Positions 54,348-64,000 of a stretch of 64,000 bases of DNA are shown in pieces. The notes beneath the pieces are model-generated. The model was not told where the DNA came from, searched no databases, and was given only the letters and a program-made list of their open reading frames with translations. The DNA lies in assembly GCA_050247355.1 (NCBI GenBank), contig JBFWUK010000015.1, positions 25,821 through 89,820 of the forward strand. Reading direction: 5' to 3'. This stretch comes from Vicinamibacterales bacterium. Its GTDB lineage: Bacteria; Acidobacteriota; Vicinamibacteria; Vicinamibacterales; UBA2999. Position 1 is the stretch's first letter. Each line of letters starts with the position of its first letter. The position numbers were made by a program, and so were the translations under genes.

Positions 54348-55769
54348 TTGGCTGCCTCGATTTGTCTCACAGCTCGTCGTGTTGAACTTGTCCTGCGGTT
54401 CGCGCTGGTGCCAATGCTGCTGGTTGGCAGCGCACAGTGGGTCAGCGGCCAGCCAGCCTCGCCGCGGCCCCTGGGTGCGGACATACCCGTTGTGCCGGTG
54501 GCCGAATACACGGCAGAGGCACGCGAGCCCGCAGTTGAAGATCCGAAGGGCAGCCTGTCGTTGCGTGATGCCCTGTCACTGGCCCTGCGGTTCAGCCCGG
54601 ACCTGGCCAGCTTCGGATGGGAGTTGCGGGCCAGGGACGCCCGGCTGTTGCAGGTCGGCCAGCGCCCGAACCCCGTCGCTGGCGTCCTGTTCGAAGATCT
54701 CGGCGGGCCTTCCGGGGCCAGCGGCGCCGATTCGGTGGTTCAGACGCAGGCGACGATTCAGCTCAGCCAGTTGGTCGAGCTTGGCGGCAAACGCGCCGCC
54801 CGCCGGAAGGTGGCGGGCCTGGATCGCGATCTGGCGACCTGGGACTTCGAGGCGGCGCGCATGGATGTGTTCACGCGCGTAACCAGCGCCTACCTGGACG
54901 TGCTGGCCGGACAGCAGGCCGTGGCCCTGGCCGAAAAGGGTCGCACCCTCGTGGAGCAGGTCCACCAGACGGTCAGTGCCAGGGTCGAGGCCGGCGTGGT
55001 GTCGCCGATCGAGCAGACGAAGGCAGCAGTGGCGTTGGCCATGGCCCGAGTGGACGAGCAACGGGCCCGGCGCGCGCTCGAGGCCGCCCGCACCGGGCTT
55101 GCCGTGTTGTGGGGGCGGTCGTCGGCCACCTTCGCGTCGGTCGAGGGCGACCTGTCCGCACAGCCGGCGGTACCGGCCTTCGCACTCCTGCAACCGCGCG
55201 TGGCACAGAACCCGGAGGTGGCGCGGTGGACGACCGAGATTGCCCAGCGTGATGCCGCGCGCGCCCTCGAACAGGCGCGCCGAACGCCCGACATCACTGT
55301 CAGCGCGGGCTACCGCCGATTCACCGACATCGACAGCAGCGCGTGGGTTGTCGGCGGCTCAATTCCCTTGCCGTTGTTCGATCGCAACAAGGCCGGCATC
55401 CAGGAAGCGGCCGACCGCACGGCCAAGGCCTATCAGGAGCAACGCGCCGCCGAGGCACGCGTTACGGCACTGCTGGCCGCGGCCTACAGCACGCTGGCCA
55501 GTGCCCAGGGCGAGGCGGCGCTGTTGGCCACTGACGTGCTGCCCGGTGCGCGCTCTGCATTCGCGGCCATCGAAGAAGGCTATCGACTTGGGCGCTTCGG
55601 TTATCTCGAGGTCCTTGATGCGCAACGCACCCTGGTTGCCGCCGAAGGCCAGCACTTGCGTGCGCTGACCGATGTGCACAAGGCCGTGGCCCAGGTCGAG
55701 CGATTGATTGGCATGCCGGTGGCCGACGCCGCCTCGGTACCGGCGCCGTCAAGCCAGCCGGTGAAGTAG
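54348..55769 (+). CDS. czcC: TolC-family outer membrane efflux protein (CzcC-like)
   Basis: 473 aa with two OEP repeats. The TTG start is supported by GGAGGG at 54334-54339, 8 nt upstream. Confidence 0.8.
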   Translation: MAASICLTARRVELVLRFALVPMLLVGSAQWVSGQPASPRPLGADIPVVPVAEYTAEAREPAVEDPKGSLSLRDALSLALRFSPDLASFGWELRARDARLLQVGQRPNPVAGVLFEDLGGPSGASGADSVVQTQATIQLSQLVELGGKRAARRKVAGLDRDLATWDFEAARMDVFTRVTSAYLDVLAGQQAVALAEKGRTLVEQVHQTVSARVEAGVVSPIEQTKAAVALAMARVDEQRARRALEAARTGLAVLWGRSSATFASVEGDLSAQPAVPAFALLQPRVAQNPEVARWTTEIAQRDAARALEQARRTPDITVSAGYRRFTDIDSSAWVVGGSIPLPLFDRNKAGIQEAADRTAKAYQEQRAAEARVTALLAAAYSTLASAQGEAALLATDVLPGARSAFAAIEEGYRLGRFGYLEVLDAQRTLVAAEGQHLRALTDVHKAVAQVERLIGMPVADAASVPAPSSQPVK

Positions 55770-55782
55770 GGAAGAGACAGTC

Positions 55783-60497
<4,715 letters not shown>

Positions 60498-60514
60498 ACC
60501 ATCGTGAGACGGCG

Positions 60515-61744
60515 CTAGCGCACTCTCACGCGGTCGCCGTCGCGCAGGTCGCGCAAGGTTTGGAAGGGGCCCGAGACTACTACGGTGCCTTCGGACACGC
60601 CATCGACCTCGATCGACAGCCCGCCGATGATGCCGGTTGTCACCGGTGTGAAGGCCACGCCGCCGTCGCGCACCACGAAGACGCCGGTCTTGCCGTCAAC
60701 CTCCACCACCGCCTGCAGCGGCACGGTCAAGGCGTTCGTGCGCTCGGCCACCAGGATCTCGGTATCGCACGTCAATCCGGGCCGAAGCGTTGCCGCTGGG
60801 CCGTCCAGCCGCACCTTCACGCGGAACTCGCGCGCCGCCGCCTGGGTGCCAGCCAGCGGCAGTGCGCTGGCGCCAATCTCCACTACCCGGCCGGTGAACT
60901 TCTGCAGCGGGATTGCTTCCAGGGTCACGGTGGCGGGGAGGTTGTTGGCCAAACGCATCACGTCGGCTTCGGCCACTTTCACTTCGGCGTTCACCGCGCT
61001 CAGGTCCGACACGGTCATCAGGATGGTGCCGGGCTGGTTCTGCACGCCCATCACCACCATCTCGCCCTGCTCGACGTCGAGCCGCGTGACCACGCCGTCG
61101 ATGGGCGCGGTGATCTCGGTCTTGGCCAGGGCGTCCTCGGCGCGCGCGCGCTCGGCCCGGCCCTGGGCAATGCGGCGTTCGGCGGCGCCCAGCGCCTGCT
61201 GGACCCGCTCGAGCGCCGCCACGGCCGCCGCGACCTGCGCGGTGGCGGTGCTGGCCGCCATGCTCGACTTGTCGAACTCGGATTGCGGCAGCAGTCCTGC
61301 GCGCTGCAGCTCCTGCGCCCGCGCCCACGCTGCGGCGGCTTCCTTGTCGCGCGATCGCGCTTCGGCCAGCGCCGCCTCGGCGGCGCGGACCTGCGTGGCC
61401 GCCGCCCGGGCGTCGGCTTCGAGCGCGCCGACCGATGCCGCCGCTGCCGCGGCCGACGATGACGCCTGCACCGGGTCGATGCGGGCCAGCACCTGCCCGG
61501 CCTTCACCGCGTCGCCTTCCTTGACCATCACCTCGACCAGCCGCCCCATCACCGCCGAGCCGATGTCGGCATAACGGGTGGCGACGATTTCGCCAGACGC
61601 AGTCACGAACGACTGCAGCGCCGCGACCCGCGCGGCGCTGGCCGTCTCCACTTCGATGCCCGTATTGCCCGAACGGAGGGCGAACACCGCCCCCGTGCCG
61701 GCGACCGCCACCACCACGACGCCGATGATCATCCGACGACTCAT
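60515..61744 (-). CDS. HlyD/MacA-family periplasmic adaptor subunit
   Basis: 409 aa with an N-terminal TM helix, a long Ala-rich coiled coil and a beta-barrel domain. Confidence 0.85.
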   Translation of the reverse strand: MSRRMIIGVVVVAVAGTGAVFALRSGNTGIEVETASAARVAALQSFVTASGEIVATRYADIGSAVMGRLVEVMVKEGDAVKAGQVLARIDPVQASSSAAAAAASVGALEADARAAATQVRAAEAALAEARSRDKEAAAAWARAQELQRAGLLPQSEFDKSSMAASTATAQVAAAVAALERVQQALGAAERRIAQGRAERARAEDALAKTEITAPIDGVVTRLDVEQGEMVVMGVQNQPGTILMTVSDLSAVNAEVKVAEADVMRLANNLPATVTLEAIPLQKFTGRVVEIGASALPLAGTQAAAREFRVKVRLDGPAATLRPGLTCDTEILVAERTNALTVPLQAVVEVDGKTGVFVVRDGGVAFTPVTTGIIGGLSIEVDGVSEGTVVVSGPFQTLRDLRDGDRVRVR

Positions 61745-61755
61745 ATGGACACTAT

Positions 61756-61792
61756 GACGCTATCTCGGGACGAGACGTCCCCGTTCAGCGTC
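61756..61792. promoter_or_regulatory. nested symmetric element GACGCT-N5-GGGACG-AGA-CGTCCC-N5-AGCGTC in a divergent promoter gap
   Basis: Read directly. The inner 6-3-6 and outer 6-bp arms are perfectly symmetric about 61774. The 61-nt gap lies between the adaptor gene (-) and the permease gene (+). Confidence 0.4.
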
Positions 61793-61805
61793 TAATGTAC
61801 CTGTT

Positions 61806-63032
61806 ATGTGGCTGGAGTCCTTACGGCAAGGCGCGACGGCGCTGACCGCATTTCCCATGCGATCGGCGCTGGGCGGACTCGCCATCGCCGTAGCCGTCGC
61901 CACCATCGTCACCGTCGTCACCGCGCTCGACGGCGTGCGCCTCTACGCCGAGGCGACGACGGCGCGGACGTTTGGGTCCGATACGTTCGTGATCGCGCAG
62001 GTGGCAGGCGCCAGCCGGGTGTCGCGGCGCGAGCTGCAGGAACAACTGGCGCGCAACCCGCCCATCAGGCGCGGCGATCTCGGGTTTCTCAACCGCTTCG
62101 CGGATGATGTGGCGCTATACGCGCCGAGCGCGCAGACCCGGGCGGAGGTGACCGCGGGCGCCCGCATGCTCGAAGACGCCACCGTGACCGGCACCACGTC
62201 GACGCTGTCCGACATCCGCGATCTCGACCTCGAACGCGGCCGCTTCTTCCTGCCGGCCGAGGATGTTGGTGGCGACGCGGTGGCCGTGATTGGGGCCGGC
62301 GTCGTGGACGCCCTGTTTCCCGCCGGCGACCCGCTGACGCAAACGCTGCGCCTGGGCGGGCGGCGGTTTGCCGTGATCGGCGTCCAGGCCCGCCAGGGCA
62401 GCGCCGGAGCGGGCTCGCTCGACAAGTACGTCTGGATTCCGTTGCGCGCGTACGAGCGCGCGTTCGGCGCGCCGCGAACGCTGCAGGTGTTTGCCAAGGC
62501 TGCGCCAGGCCGCGCCGCGGCGGCCGCCGAAGACCGGGCACGGGTGTCGCTGCGGGCGAAGCGCAACCTGCGGCCGGGGCTGCCCGACAACTTCGACGTG
62601 CTGACGCCTGACGCCGCGCGATCGTTCGTGGCCAACCTGTCGCAGCGGATAGGGGCGGCGGCCGGACCCATCTCGTTGATGGCGCTGCTGGCCGCGATCG
62701 TCGTGGTCACCAACACCGTGCTGGTGTCAGTGACCCAGCGGACGCGGGAGATTGGCGTGCGCCGGGCCCTGGGCGCGCCGGCCCGCCGCATCGTCCAGGA
62801 GGTGCTCGCCGAGTCGCTGTTGTTGTCGATCGCCGGCGGCACGGCGGGCGCGCTGGCGGCGTGGTCGTTGCTGGCGGCGCTCGAGTACGCACTGGACCTG
62901 CCCTTGATCGTGGCGCCGGGCACGCTGGCCATCGCCATCACGGCGGCGGCGGGCAGCGGCCTGGTGGCGGCCTGGTATCCCGCCACGCGCGCCGTGGCGA
63001 TCGACGTCGTGACGGCGATTCGCGCGGAGTAG
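61806..63032 (+). CDS. MacB/FtsX-type ABC permease
   Basis: 408 aa with TM1, a MacB periplasmic core domain and three FtsX TM helices (REIGVRRALGA). Confidence 0.85.
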   Translation: MWLESLRQGATALTAFPMRSALGGLAIAVAVATIVTVVTALDGVRLYAEATTARTFGSDTFVIAQVAGASRVSRRELQEQLARNPPIRRGDLGFLNRFADDVALYAPSAQTRAEVTAGARMLEDATVTGTTSTLSDIRDLDLERGRFFLPAEDVGGDAVAVIGAGVVDALFPAGDPLTQTLRLGGRRFAVIGVQARQGSAGAGSLDKYVWIPLRAYERAFGAPRTLQVFAKAAPGRAAAAAEDRARVSLRAKRNLRPGLPDNFDVLTPDAARSFVANLSQRIGAAAGPISLMALLAAIVVVTNTVLVSVTQRTREIGVRRALGAPARRIVQEVLAESLLLSIAGGTAGALAAWSLLAALEYALDLPLIVAPGTLAIAITAAAGSGLVAAWYPATRAVAIDVVTAIRAE

Positions 63033-63060
63033 GCCGAGTGTATCGCGTGGATACTGACCG

Positions 63061-64000
63061 ATGACTGACCGACGCACCGGATTTGTCGATGCCGTGACCC
63101 AGGCGGCCGAGCTGTCGTTCGAATCGCTGCGCGCGCAGAAGGCGAGATCGGCCCTGGCCATTCTCGGCGTGGTCATCGGCATTGTCACCGTGGTGCTGGT
63201 GTCGTCGACCCTGGTCGGGCTGCGCAACAGCGTCGCGCTGCTGTTCCGCGAGCTGGGAACCGACAACATCTTCGCTTATCACTTGAACGGCGAACCCTAC
63301 GCCGCGCCGACCGAGGCCGATGCCCGCAATCCGCAACTGAAGGTCGAGTACGTGCGCGAGCTGGAACGGCTGGGACCCTCGATTCGCGAAGTCGGCGTGC
63401 AGTTGATCGTGCCGGCGGTGACGGGCACGCGCGTGATCACTGCCCGCGCCGGCGCCAACGAGCTCGATACCGTGTTGATCGAAGGCGCGTCGGCCAACTT
63501 CTTCGACGTCGTCGGGGCCGTGTTCCGCGACGGCCGGCCGTTTACGGCGACCGAAGAACGGGCGCGCAGCCAGGTGGCGGTGATCGGCGCCAGTGTCGCG
63601 CGGGCGCTGTTCGGGCAGGGCGAAGCGGTCGGCAAGTCATTCCTGCTGGGCGGCGACCGCTACTACGTGGTCGGCGTGCTCGAAAAGCGGCAGGGCACGT
63701 TCTTCGGCGAGAACCGCAACGACAGCGTCGTGGCCATTCCGGTGGCGACCGCGAAGCGGCGGTTTCCCGAGGCGCGCAACATGGTGCTCTACATCCGCGC
63801 GCAACCGGGCCTGCGCGACCAGGCCCGCGAGGAAGCCGGCACCATCCTGCGGCTGCTGCGGCAGGTGCCACTCGGGGCCGAGAACAACTTCGCCATGAAC
63901 ACCGCCGACCAGATCATCGCCACCTTCGACCGCATCGGCCTGCAGATCTTCATTGCCACCGTGGCGCTGGCGGCCATCAGCCTGGTGATCGGCGGCATTG
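63061..64000 (+). CDS. second MacB/FtsX-type ABC permease, 3' end beyond the window
   Basis: Open frame from the ATG at 63061 to the window end (absent from the track because it has no stop). MTDRRTGFVDAVTQAAELSFESLRAQKARSALAILGVVIGIVTVV followed by a periplasmic domain. Confidence 0.8.
   Translation, partial: MTDRRTGFVDAVTQAAELSFESLRAQKARSALAILGVVIGIVTVVLVSSTLVGLRNSVALLFRELGTDNIFAYHLNGEPYAAPTEADARNPQLKVEYVRELERLGPSIREVGVQLIVPAVTGTRVITARAGANELDTVLIEGASANFFDVVGAVFRDGRPFTATEERARSQVAVIGASVARALFGQGEAVGKSFLLGGDRYYVVGVLEKRQGTFFGENRNDSVVAIPVATAKRRFPEARNMVLYIRAQPGLRDQAREEAGTILRLLRQVPLGAENNFAMNTADQIIATFDRIGLQIFIATVALAAISLVIGGI

Overview
Very GC-rich bacterial chromosomal segment with GC3-dominated codons, so most long antisense and alternate-frame ORFs in the track are shadows. 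I support about 60 protein genes. I found no rRNA, tRNA, CRISPR array, transposase or integrase. Gene content points to an Acidobacteriota-like soil bacterium: an ADOP-type duplicated orphan permease, a TAT-exported TldD/PmbA pair, ACIII plus cbb3 respiration, and many MacB/FtsX exporters. That assignment is inference only. Layout: (1) 0.7-16.7 kb is one tightly coupled 15-gene respiratory block. It holds cbb3 oxidase (fused ccoNO, ccoQ, monoheme ccoP), the assembly genes ccoGHIS, a complete Alternative Complex III (actABCDEF) and a DsbD_2/TauE-like gene. (2) 16.8-22.9 kb holds an S41 peptidase, a HepT/MntA and a BrnT/BrnA toxin-antitoxin pair, an NHL propeller, an exported creatininase-family protein, and an ECF41-type sigma factor with its carboxymuconolactone-decarboxylase partner, each preceded by a TGTCACA-N15-CGTC promoter-like motif. 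(3) 23-37.7 kb holds a copper-type TonB receptor, a 1248-aa hybrid PAS histidine kinase, TauE, the ADOP permease, a PQQ-like propeller, TAT-TldD/PmbA and a GNAT. (4) 37.8-39.5 kb is a run of three abutting gene remnants (YihY-like, DNA ligase N-terminus, frameshifted Omp85 barrel). (5) 39.5-45.8 kb holds methyltransferase, an orphan MlaF-like ATPase, MBL, TerB and a DevBCA/MacAB-like exporter. (6) 45.8-48.2 kb is an ArsR-rhodanese / MFS / DsrE operon with a perfect 9-6-9 palindromic operator. I consider this the best candidate for an undescribed sensing and export module. (7) 48.2-64 kb holds methyltransferases, a membrane AraC, MazEF-like TA, DUF1259, a His-rich protein plus czcCBA, and a second MacA with twin-permease locus that runs off the window. 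All family assignments come from motif recognition by eye. No database search was run.
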